NCBI GenBank assembly: GCA_951406725.2
Contig: OX597821.1
Location: 116,374,001 to 116,438,000, forward strand
Reading direction: 5' to 3'
Length of the DNA stretch: 64,000 bases
From: Octopus vulgaris
Lineage: Eukaryota
This document shows positions 51,973-63,953 of this stretch, piece by piece; positions within the stretch are counted from its first letter, which is position 1; every line of letters begins with the position of its first letter. The notes under the pieces are model-generated. The model was given only the letters and a program-made list of their open reading frames with translations. It ran no database searches and was not told the DNA's origin. A program made the position numbers and the translations under genes.

Positions 51973-52374
51973 GCATGTGTAGGGAGGAAGAACACAATTC
52001 CTTAAGATTAGGTAAAATATATAATTTGTGAAGTTTTTTAGTGCATTGCATTGATCATCTTTGCACCATATAATTTTTTGGGTGTCGTGGCTATAACAAA
52101 ATAGGAGTGTGTTACACAGAATGCCTTGTTTTGTCAATGTATGGTCTCTATAAAACTCAAACAGATCTGACTTTCACTTTCATCATCCTCAGATTGAAAG
52201 AATATGTACCAGTAATGTATGAAAGTTGATGTAATTGTGTAATTTTCTTCCAAACATTTGTGTTACATTCTAACTAGGAAAGACATAATTATTTAATTAT
52301 TCATATCACACTGTTGTTGAAATCAAGAAGACCCATTCACCACAGCAGAATTGATACAGGTGTCAGTTCCGCAT

Positions 52375-52571
52375 AAACGGCACTGGTGCTGGTGCCACAT
52401 GAAAAGCACTCAGTACACACAGTAAAGTGGTTGGCATTAGGAAGGGCATTCAGTCATAGAAAACATGCCAGGACACACAAAGAAGTCTGGTGTCGCCCAG
52501 CTCAACCCAAACCATCCAATCCATGCCTGCATGGAAAACGGACATTAAATAATAATGACAATGATGATGAC
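52375..52571 (+). mobile_element. RTE-LINE-tail element
   Basis: GTGGTTGGCATTAGGAAGGGCAT..GCATGGAAAACGGACATTAAA. Confidence 0.8.
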
Positions 52572-52744
52572 TGCTATACATTCAAACATCAATAAATGTG
52601 TTATTGATGTTAAGTCATGGATCAGCTCTGATCAAGTGGATTGATGATCAAATATATTTCAGTCACTGACCATGCTGTCCTGATTGCAGTATTTCTAAGG
52701 TACTTTAAGCATCAATCTGAAACAGGAACTGCCCTAACTACTAG

Positions 52745-52900
52745 GGGCATGGGCTAGTGGTTAGAGTGTTGCACTCGCGATTGTAAGATCATGATTTCAA
52801 TTCCCAGGCTGAGTTGTGCATTGTATTCTTGAGCAAACTATTTCATTTCACATTGCTTTAATCCCCTCAGCTGAGTAACCTTGCGATGGACTGGGTTTCA
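52745..52900 (+). mobile_element. tRNA-derived SINE, 3' truncated
   Basis: GGGCTAGTGGTTAGAG A box, GATTTCAATTCCC B box, TTCTTGAGCAAAC core. Confidence 0.8.
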
Positions 52901-53071
52901 ATCTCACTCTTCACTCTTCCTTTCTTTTATTAATATTCTTACCAATTTTATGTGTATGTGTATATGTATGTATATAGATATATACATGTATGGATGTATA
53001 TACACACATATACATACACACACACATATATATATATATACATACATATATATATAAATATGATGATGATG

Positions 53072-53107
<36 letters not shown>

Positions 53108-53119
53108 CACATATATATA

Positions 53120-53280
53120 TAGTTGGAATTTATTTATAGAAAAACAAAAGAAGTAGACAGGTGTATAAACAACAAACAAGTGTATCAGTTTGACGCTCGG
53201 GAAGGTGAGAAACTCTTATATTTTGAGCCTACCTTCTTCAACAGAAAGGATCACAAGAAAATAAACAGTGAGAGAATATA
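53120..53280 (-). mobile_element. Putative Penelope-type terminal repeat with a decayed hammerhead-like motif, inserted in (TA)n
   Basis: Minus strand reads TTGAAGAAGGTAGGCTCAAAATATA, compatible with decay of TGAAGAGCGTAGGCTCGAAACGTA (recalled consensus, not verified). Confidence 0.45.
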
Positions 53281-53281
53281 T

Positions 53282-53328
<47 letters not shown>

Positions 53329-54770
53329 TGTTTTAAATCTAAGTTTTGTCCCCATTAATGGGTATGGCTGGATCTATCTCAATGCCATAGCAACCGAGAT
53401 GAGTAGGTGCAGCCCACCCCAATCTTTGGGCTGGCTGGTACCCATTCTTCTTTGCTATCATGAGGCTTTTTTGGAGCTGGATTTTCTACTGGGACCATGC
53501 CCTTGCTTACCCCCAACCTCAGTTTGTAGACATGAGTGGTCCTGAGACCAAGGCCTCTACCATGATTTTTAAGACTTGTGGTGGAAAACTAGCTCAGGAA
53601 GGTAGGTATGCTACTTCCTGAGACCCCTTTCAGAGCCCCCTTACATTATGTATGTTTCTTTAATTACGCCAAGATGAACTATTAATACAAAAGCAACTAT
53701 TAATGCCATCATCAGAGTCAACATGGTTTCATACTGAGAAATATGGTGAATAGTTTATCCTTTATGCAGAAGCATGTAGGATAACATCTATTGCAGTATA
53801 ATGCCAACACCCATCATTTTTATTGCTGAGTTTTGTCTCATCTTTTACCTCACTTTAATATTCTCCAATATTTCCATCAGTACTGACTCCGTACTATTCT
53901 CGGTATGTCTGAGTTTGCCATCATTGACTTGAGCAAGTCTTTATCACTTGCACTTTTGTTTAAGCAAAACTAAAGAACAAAAATGCTAAAGCCATGATAG
54001 ACTTGCAACATTAACACTTATTAAACCCAATAGTTAATCATCTATTTTGGTCATTGTGAAAATGAGAACCTCGATAGAGATTCACTGTAGGAAGATCCTT
54101 CAAGTTGTCTAACATTGATTTGTATAAATGGCGAATATTAGCTGTTAATTGTGACACATGGTATCATGTGTTCCACCAAGCTACTTCCTGATGTAGACAT
54201 GTAGGGAATTTCACAAAAAAGCTGAAATATCTTTACAGCTTCCAGTGTAATTGTTGCACAAAATAGGTGTAGGTAAAAGTAACAGTTGTACAAAACAGAA
54301 GTGGGGACACAGCTTGAACGTCAATAGAAAGCTAAGTGTTGGTGAGTAATGAATTCTTGAACAGTCAGAGAATAATTTTTTCATGCAGCCTATATGTGTT
54401 TGAATGTGAATTTTGAAATATTCATGTACAATAATTAGCTTCATCTAAAACTCATTTCTTTTGTATACTTTTGACTTCCTCTTATTTAATTGACAGCACA
54501 GTTCATATAGTAATTAAGAGGTTAATGCTATCTGCTACCTCAAAGCCAGGACATTATTCTGTTTCTTTCAGTATGACTGACTGACAGCAATACTAGTTTT
54601 ACTTAATCGTTTCACAATCAGTGATTGTTGTTATTTTGTTTAGCCCCTGGTTATTCCTGATCATGTAAATCTAAGATGTAAAGCTTTCCACCTATGACCC
54701 ACCTGTCATTTTCTTTTTTTTTTTATCAGGCTAATATATCAAGAAGTTCATCATTATCCAATATGATTCT

Positions 54771-55161
54771 AAGGTGGTGAGCTGGCAGAACTGTTAGCAT
54801 GCCGGGCGAAATGCCTAACAGTATTTTGTCTGCCGTTACATTCTGAGTTCAAATTCCACCGAGGTCGACTTTGCCTTTCATCCTTTCGGGGTTGATCAAT
54901 TAAGTACCAGTTACACACTGGGGTCGATATAATCCATCTGTCTGTCCTTGTTTGTCTCCTCTGTGTTTAGCCCCTTGTGGGTAGTAAAGAAATAGGTATT
55001 TCATCTGTCACTACGTTCTGAGTTCAAATTCTGCTGAGGTTGAATTTGCCTTTCATCCTTTTGGGGTCGATAAATCAAGTACCAGTTAAGTAATGGGGTT
55101 GATGTCATCGACTTGCCCCTTCCCCCAAAATTCCAGGCCTTGTGCCCAGAGCAGAAAAGAT
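54771..55161 (+). mobile_element. Composite/dimeric Nin/Deu-domain-like SINE
   Basis: Two successive GTTCAAATTC..GCCTTTCATCCTTT.GGGG..AAGTACCAG modules. Confidence 0.9.
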
Positions 55162-57739
55162 TATCCAATGTGATTCTCCTTTTTCTAGATGGTAGGCATA
55201 TGTTTGAGAATTGCTGCATTCTGCCTGGTTCACTGGTAGAAAGGGTGCAAATCTTCAAAACCTATTTTAATCATGTTAGTAAGCCAGCACCAAATTAAAA
55301 TGTATTTAAAATTACCATTTAAATAATATAATTACAATTAGAATTATTATATCTTCCTTTGTCGTTATTACAATAACAATCAAACAAAGATGTATAAGTT
55401 AAATATTTTCTATTTTATATATACCATTTGTTAGAATACCATTTAATTCTTAACTATTTTTTAGTGTTAATTATTTTATATATGGAATTACTAACAATCT
55501 CTTTGCATTAAATTCATTTTATTTTTATTTAGATAATCAATGTTATAATTAACAAAGATCAAATTAAAAAAAAATTTTTTTCCTTACACATTTGAACATC
55601 TTGCTTTCGGTAAAATATTTTTGGAAAAAAAGTTCACTAACAAGTTTGGTATTGGTTGAGAGTTATGGATAACTTTTCTGTAGCTTAAAGTTAACATGCT
55701 GATAAAAACCGAGAGAATATTGCTTTGTAAAATAAAAAAAAATTCTTGCATTTTCAGTGAATAGCTATTATTTTGAAATAGCTTAAAGAAGATAAATTGT
55801 CCCAAATTTCAATTTATATTTAAGAAAGATAAATAATTTACAATATTTCAAAGTAATTGGTTTTAGGAATATAGTACATGGAAGGTGCTAAACCTGGCTG
55901 AATGAATAGGCTGCCAGGCTAACAAAGGAAGGTTTGACAGTTCCTATCCATCATTGTTTTGTTTCCATATCAAAGTATTTAACTCTGAATGTCACAGGCC
56001 TCTTAGCTGTTAATAGGTATTGGGAGACACATTTACTTCTGTGAAGGTACTGTATAATTGACAAACATTTTGTTCCTTTACAATACTTCACCCAAATCAT
56101 TTTCATGGCTCTAGAAAACATAACAGCTTTGAATGACTACAAAAGAACGAGAGTCTTCAGTGATAACCCAACAACCTAATGTGTTATGGGACATTACTTT
56201 AAGCTGCATAAAAACTACTACAAATAGTAAATTCGCTACTAATTTAGGAATTTAATTTCTAATCATATCCTTTATCGCACACTGAACAATACATGTCAAA
56301 GTCAGTTTCAAACAAAATAGAGACACAATTATTTATTTTGGGAGAATGATTTCTCTATGTTGAATTACAAAAATCACAAGCAACAATAGTCACAAAAAGG
56401 TTATTTCATGTTACCATCATTGCTGGAAATTAATTAAATCAGTGATGGTTTTTTTTTTTATTCCCTCTTTCTAGTCTGAAAAACACCAATTGTTATTATT
56501 TGTTCATTTTTTGCATTCTCACTATTCAGGGTAAGAAAAAAAAAATGAAAAGAAAAAAAATGAATAAGATGATTATTGTTTTGTGTGTTTGAATGAAATT
56601 ATATTTCACAAGACTTGAACTAGATCATGCATCATTGTTTGTTAGAAATGATAACCTCTTTTGTTGCAATAGTGCATGATAAAGTAATTGCAAAAATGAA
56701 AAATGAGTAATTTTAACATCTTCCTTTTCACTATTGCAAAATGCTGGGCGATTATTCACAGTTTAAACATCTTTCTATCTAATAAAGATTAACAAGGAAT
56801 CTGCATGCATATTCATACATGCATATATGTTTATATATATTTGGATTAAAAGAAACTGGAGCCTGTTAATTTTTGTAACATTTAGGGTGGAGAGAGGATG
56901 CACTGATTTTCCAAAGCTAATTGCAGTCAGCTCATTGATTGAACATTCAATTTTTCAAAATCCATCATCATTATCATCACTGCCACCACCACTACCACCA
57001 TCACCATCATGTCGTCATCATCGTCATCATCATCATAATCATCATTGTCATCGTCAGCTGTTTTGTTACATTAGAGTATCAAGTATATTTAAGCTATATT
57101 GTTTTCATCATTATTGTTGTATTACTAATTTTCATGTGTTTTAGGTCTTTTGCAATCTAACAACCCTCAAGTCAATCTTGATCAAATATCTGTGAGACCC
57201 AACATTCTCAGATCTGATCACCATTTATTCTCATATCTTCCTATATCTAATTTTAACTTGCATATCATCCACTGAGAATGCACATTTTTTACCTTTTGTG
57301 TATCACCATTTCACATTCATCTTGTTTTATAACTACTCTTAGATACATTGTCCAATACCTTTGATTTTTATCAGCCTTCACAGTCTTTTACACAAATCAT
57401 CTTTCCATATCCAAAAGATCACACATAGTGGCTCATTTCTTTGTAGCTAAGCCAGGTCTTTGGTGTTCATTGCTTATGTTCTACTACCATGCATCATTCT
57501 TTTTATTTATGTTTCATACCTCATTACTTTACACAGAGAAAAGAACCTTTCTTTTTCTTTGTTGGCATTGTCCTTCAGTCCCAGATAAACTTTAACTCAG
57601 TTGATCTATAGCCATGACCAGCCTGTCTTTCTTTCCAACACATTATATCTATAACTATGTTATCAAAAATGTCCTTCTCCTTTTTTTTTTTATAATAGTG
57701 ATGTGTATACAATATTTGGCTATTATTTCTAATAGGTCA

Positions 57740-57958
57740 GGGGTGGTGAAATAGCAAAATTGTTAGCAGACTGGCAAAATGCTTGGCAATATTTCTTCTG
57801 GCTTTATATTCTGAGTTCAAACACCACCAAGTTCGACTTAGCCTTTCATCAATTTGGAGATCGATAAAATAAGTACCAATCAAGCATTCGGCTCAATGCA
57901 CTTGACTTTTCCCCTCCCGTTAAAATTGTTAGTCATGTGTCAAGGTTTGAAAGAGTTA
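57740..57958 (+). mobile_element. Nin/Deu-domain-like SINE
   Basis: TCTGAGTTCAAA..GCCTTTCATC..GATCGATAAAATAAGTACC. Confidence 0.8.
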
Positions 57959-59689
57959 TTTCTGACAGGTAGAAGCTCCCCATCGTTGTCTTGAATAACC
58001 TTTTACTGTCAGCAAAAGTAAAAGTGTTGTGAACATCATCAATCTCAGCTGTTTCCTTCAAATAAACCATCTCCTGTCTGTTATAATTGTATGAGTTGAG
58101 TAGTGCAACTAATACACAATTTACAGCAAGTCATATAAACACTCCATCTTTGTTTCATGTCAGCTTTGACGTCATACTTCACCATTCATGTGTAAATGTG
58201 TTATTGATGTCCTGATATTAGTGTTCCTTGAAATATTGGACTTTATCAAGTGAGCAGATTTATATAGGTTTAATGGTGTTTGGTTGTAGGGTATGTGTGT
58301 GTGTGTGTATGCACAAATGCAGAAAATAATGCCATTGTTACAAAATTGTAATGGTGGGTAAGGCATTATCAAAAGATGTACAGGAAGTCAAAAAATAATG
58401 TGTTTTTTTTTATCAAGTAGGCATTGAAATATTCAAATTGTAAAGAGAGAGGAATGATTATGTTTTATCTATAAAACTTCCAAAAATATTGACATTCAAA
58501 TATGATTGCATGATTTGCCTCTTATGTTGCATGAGTTTTTGTAGTAACGTTGTTATATCAATATAATGTATGGCTAAATACAACTTCCCTCAGCTTTACT
58601 TTTCTAATCAGGTTATCACTTAATGTGGAGAACTGTTTTATCTTCACTGCTTCAATGAAACTCCAGTATGAGTAATGATTATTTTATATAAACTTGAAAG
58701 GCAAAAAATTTGGCTTTTTTTCATTTGTTTTCTTTTATGCCTTACATGTTACATGTGCATATACATATGATAGAGCCCAAAAAAAAAGCCTGCAGATGAT
58801 AAATGGTTTCAAAATGCTAAACTGAATTTAAAACTAAAATAAAACAATAATAAAATAGACAATGAAAAAAAGAAAAATAATAGATTTCATTGAGAAAAAG
58901 TAACTATAAAACAAGTGAGTGTACTGTAAAGAGAGGTGAAGTTCTGATGTTTCAGGCTAGGAGGATGTTCTTCAAAGATTTCATATAAAATCAATCAACT
59001 TCAAAAATTAAGATAATTCTATTAAAACAGTGAAATCCTCATAAACATTGTTGTTGTTGATTTTTTTCCTGTGTTAAAGCAAACTCCCTTCAAATTTAAT
59101 GTAACCAGAGAAAGAAAAAGTATAGCTGATTTTCTCTTGATACTCAACCAATTAAATGTATAGGATGGTTACTTTCATCACTTGAACCACTGAACTCCTA
59201 TTTGTACTAGAGATATTAATTAACAGAACCTTCAATTTTCTGCAAGTATTCATTCAATTTTTACTTTTGTAATCTTAAGCAAACACTTTAGATTCTCTAT
59301 CATTTCCCAAGAGTTTCACCTCAGCTGTCCCCTTGTGTTTGCAAAATGTTATGATATAGAAATAAATATGCTATCGTTATCTTAGCTACTTGCTTGGCAA
59401 GATTGATTTTTGTGCACAGAATTCAAGTATGCTATATTAATTCAACAAAGGAAAATTAAACAAGTATCTGTATCAGGAAAAAGTCAATAGAGCTAAATGA
59501 AGATAAAGACTTCCTTAGTCATTTGATTTTTATTGTTAGTTTTGTTGAATTTTTCATCTTTTGTTTGTTCTTCAATGGAAATAACTTCATTTCTGAGATT
59601 CTGATTATATGAGGAGAAGATGAAATTTAAATCTTTATTAAATTAACTTACTTAATTTAATGACTTATCTCACATTTAAGCTTGACCAA

Positions 59690-60302
59690 TGAGATTTATG
59701 CATTTGAAGATAGTTGTATAAAGAAGTGCTGATCCCTAACTGTGGAGGGAACCTGTGGTAGAGGTAGACCCAGGAAGACATAAGATGAGGTGGTGAAGCA
59801 TGATCTCTGAATTTTGGGCCTCATAAAGGCAATGACTAGTGACTGAGGCCTTTAGCGATAATCTGTACTTGGGAAGACCCATCAAGCCAAGTGAAATTGC
59901 AGTCATGGCTAATAGTGGTATCATGTAACCAGCACCCATGTAGGTGACACATGAAAAGCACCTTTCAAGCATTAAGCCTCATGGAGGCAAAGTGGTTGAG
60001 CTCCTTTTGAATGTTGCGCCTCACAGACCAACACCTTTGGCATTATATTGTGCTTGAAAAAATATCCTTCAAGCTGAGCAAAACTGCAGTTATGGCAGAT
60101 ACTGGTGTCACACAAATGGCACCCATGCTGGTGGCACATAAAAACACCCATTACACACTCAGAGTGGTTGGTGTTAGGAAGGGCGTAGAAACCGTGCTAA
60201 AACTGACTGGAGTCGGGTGTAGCTTTCCAGCTTGCCAGCCCTAGTCAAACCATTCAACCCATACCAGCATGGACAATGGATGTTAAATGAGGATGGCGAT
60301 GA
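59690..60302 (+). mobile_element. RTE LINE 3' end including decayed ORF C-terminus and 3' UTR
   Basis: Frame from 59736 reads LTVEGTCGRGRPRKT*DEVVKHDL*ILGL..MTSD (RTE RGRPRKTW motif), contiguous with the family tail. This identifies the source of the (GAT)n-tailed elements. Confidence 0.85.
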
Positions 60303-62407
60303 AACAAGTATGTCGTTTTATTATTGGATTTTAAAAAAGTGAATTTGTTGATAGACAGTATTACAAACTCTATTCATCACCATGATTTCAAAAATGAAGC
60401 ATAAGGACATACTCACTGTAGCTTTCTGCTATACATTACATGCTTTCTACTTTCATCTGCTAATTAAAAAAAGAAAAGAAAATTATTTAAAAATAAAAAA
60501 ATTTAAAAAAGCAGTTAATAATTAAAGAACAAATTTCCTTCTCCATTTTCTCCTCAGATGGAATTTTCATTGTACATTGTGAATTTTAAGTGATTTTATT
60601 ACTTGCTTCTTTTATGTTTTCTACTCACTCACACACGTAGTAATCTGTGATGCAAAACATAATTAGACATATTTATGAATCTCATAGAATTAGAACTAAC
60701 TGATGTGAATGTATGTATATGAGTACACGAGGAGAGAGAGAGAGGGGGTGAGGAGAGAGAGTTCACCTTCCTGTCTATGATATAATCTCATTTGAAGAGT
60801 ATTACTTAATTTATATATTTGAATATATAGTCAAGTTACTAAGTGCTAGAGAATTGCGATTTCTGAGACATTAAGATCAACATCCTGAACTAGAAATTTG
60901 GTTAATTTATGAATGCTATTTCTATACCACTAATATTGAATGGTGTAAATTTCTGTTTGTTTAATTTTCAATAGGAGCACCTTGGTTTCTGAGATTGTAA
61001 TCATATGCAAGGAAAATAAAATTACATGTAAATAATTTAATGAAATCATCTCAAAAAGAAAAAAGCCCAGCTCTTTACGCCCCATAAATCTTAACTGCAA
61101 TTAAGGATGCTTGGAGAGAATGAATTGATATATTTACATTAGCAGGCTACAAGGAATCCAGATTCAATTTTGAATGATGAAAGTGCTAAGGCAAACTTAA
61201 TATCTTCTTTATGCACAAATTTTAAAATATTCCAGTGTTTGTGTCATTTTATTATATTCCTTTAGGTGTGTTCAAATCTTGCCAGAGTTTGACTCCCACT
61301 TTTATTTCTTCAGCAATTGATAAAACAGATTCTGGTGATATACTGAGGATGATTCAATCAGCTACACCCTTCCCTAAAACCTGTAGCTGTGTATAAGAAA
61401 TTTATTATTTAAATTTTACAGAATTATTTTTCTGTTACATTCAAGAGATTAAATCTGAATGGAAATGCATACTAGTAATATAGACAAATAAATAAAACTG
61501 AAATTATATCAAAATTTTTACTAAAAATTTAGTAACCTTTATAAGCATAATCATATAAAAGTACTTTTCTTAACAACTCAAATCTTACTAGTTTAACAAT
61601 GTCTGAAATAATTCCCTACATTTGCTCCTGAATAGCTAGTGTTTGTTTTCCTGACCACTTTTTCATAATTCTAATCATGACTTTCTAAAAACACTTTATG
61701 TATAGTTTCAATGTTGTGAAGTAATAGTTTTAGTTTGTACTGTGAAGAAAAGATAGATATCGTTTCCTGATATTCAATAGAAGTGTGATATCTTAGCAAA
61801 AATACACCGAATAACTTAAAACAATAGATATCAGAACAATTAACTGGTATTGTTATGTTAACAAAATGCATTTTTATTACAGTAACCAAAATAACAGCAT
61901 AAAGCTGTTATACAAGTCATTGTAATTCATGCTCTCATGTACAAATGAGTCAACTTGATTATTGTAATGGTGATGATAATAGTAATAAAGGGGCATGTGT
62001 GTATTATTTTGAAATCCAGACTACCTACAGTCGATGTAGTAAGGCTCTTGGAAAAACTTTCATATTGCTTGTCTGCAGTGCAATATTGGAAGCATTCTTT
62101 GTAATGAGGTATCTAATTCAGAAATATTTGTTAAGTCTGTGTATGTTGATGGCTGATTTTATGATTACTTAACTCCAGCTGCACTTACCAATCTGAGCAT
62201 GGCCATCAGGGAGGAATTTTTGAAATCCACAATGGCACACAGCTTATTGTACTTGATATTGTTTTATTTTTATAACTGAGAACAAGATCATAAATTTTTA
62301 AAGATGGGTAAGTGTGATGGTCATAGTTTTTCTGAAGGAATTTGCTGAAGAAGTGAAGTGAAATCAAATCAAGGTGTCATCAGCTAACTAGAAGCCTATC
62401 TCTTAAT

Positions 62408-63000
62408 CTCATCATCATTTATCATCATGTTCCATGTTAGCATGGGTTGAGTAGTTTGACAGGATCTGATTTGTCCAACAAATGCATTGTGCTCCAATAT
62501 CTGCTTTGGTATGATTTTGCAGCTCTTCCTAAAATCAACCATTTTATAGAATATACTGGGTGTTTTTAAGCCAGTGAACTGGCAGAAACGTAAGCAAAGG
62601 TGGTGAGCTGGCAGAAATGTTAGCACACTGGGCAAAATACTTAGCGATATTTCGTCTGTCACTATGTTCTGAGTTTAAATGTCACCAAGGTCAACTTTGC
62701 CTTTCATCCTTTCGGGTGCAATAAGTTAAGTACCAGTTGCATACTGGGGTTGATCTACTTGACTGGCTCCCTCCCCCTAAAATTTCAGGCCTTGTGCCTA
62801 GAGCAGAAAAGATATGTTGGGTATTTTTACATCACCAGCACTAGTGAGGTTACCATGCAGCTTGCAAGACTACAAATCCCAAGGGGCAGCTTTACACTAA
62901 TTGATGAGGAGTGAAAGTATGAGAGAAGGGGCCAGAGCAGAACAGGTTTCTTATTATAGAGGAGTTACATGGTCACTTACATTTTAGAAGAGAGACAGAG
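62408..63000. mobile_element. Minus-strand RTE-tail element interrupted by a plus-strand SINE (62569-62811)
   Basis: Host homologous to 8870-9235 on both sides; degenerate 18-bp target duplication at 62551-62568 / 62812-62829. Confidence 0.8.
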
Positions 63001-63626
63001 CTAGAAAGATATAAAATTAGTGGTGATTAAGGTGTTTCAAATTATGGGATGAGTAGAAGTGAGTGGGACAGAGGAACTAGTACTGTGGGTGGAACCAGTT
63101 ATGTGGGTTGCAAGAGCGAGGGAGAGAGAATAGGTAAGGTGAGGTTGGTGACAACTGTAAAGATTAGGTAGGTTTGGTGGGTGGATGTAGTAAATCATGG
63201 ATAAGGGGTGGGGAATGACCAGTGATGCATGAGTTGGGGAGGTAGGAAAGCAGATGACTGATTCTGCAGAAAAAAGAGCAAGGAAAGCAGCAAAATAGTT
63301 GATTGATAAACTATACAGGAAACAGACAAGAGAGAGAGAGATATGACTTTTGAGTGGGTAGGTTGTAGAAGTGTGGTAGAGGTGGTGGGGGGAACTGGTG
63401 GAAGAGGCAGGTGTAGTAAATGAGAAGAATGAGAGAGTTATGGTGAAGGAGAAGAGCTAATTTGGTGGCTCATTAGGAGGGGGATGATCTATGTAAAATG
63501 TGGGCAGAGAGAACAATATTAATTAATGAAGGACAGTATCAAGGAAGAACTACACTTTGAGTGATGATGAGTGGTAGGGTCATCTAGAGGAAGAAACTGG
63601 GTGAAGAGTCTAGTTGTGCACATATA

Positions 63627-63675
<49 letters not shown>

Positions 63676-63950
63676 ACAGATAAAGGGTGAAATATAATTA
63701 ATTTAATAAAATCAACAAATTTCACCTAGTAGTATTTCGGTATGGAAAAGGACCATATTCGGTAAAAATTTATATAATTATAATAATAAGGGTTTTTTGG
63801 AACAAGTTGCTTAAACCACATACCGAAAATATTAGAAATAGCAGTCAAAGGACTACTATTTCTTTTTACTACAAAAATAAGTCTCCACAGACAACAATGT
63901 TTGTGACTCACTTATGACAAAAAAAAAGAAGAAAAACAATGAAAACCACA
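63676..63950. mobile_element. CpG-retaining ~270-bp insert between (TA)n tracts, probably a mobile-element end
   Basis: Unique-looking segment flanked by (TA)n on both sides, like 46950-47165 and 53120-53280; internal inverted motif TATTTCGGTATG / CATACCGAAAATA. Confidence 0.4.
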
Positions 63951-63953
63951 CAT

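Noticed and set aside
60535-60595. Strong acceptor TTCTCCTCAG|ATGG as the shared second exon
   Set aside because: The frames I translated close within about 12 codons and no good donor follows.
470-63911. ORF-track entries as protein-coding genes
   Set aside because: All are short and most are translations of microsatellites (YI/CV/HT/SL runs) or SINE/LINE remnants; none shows a recognisable intact domain.
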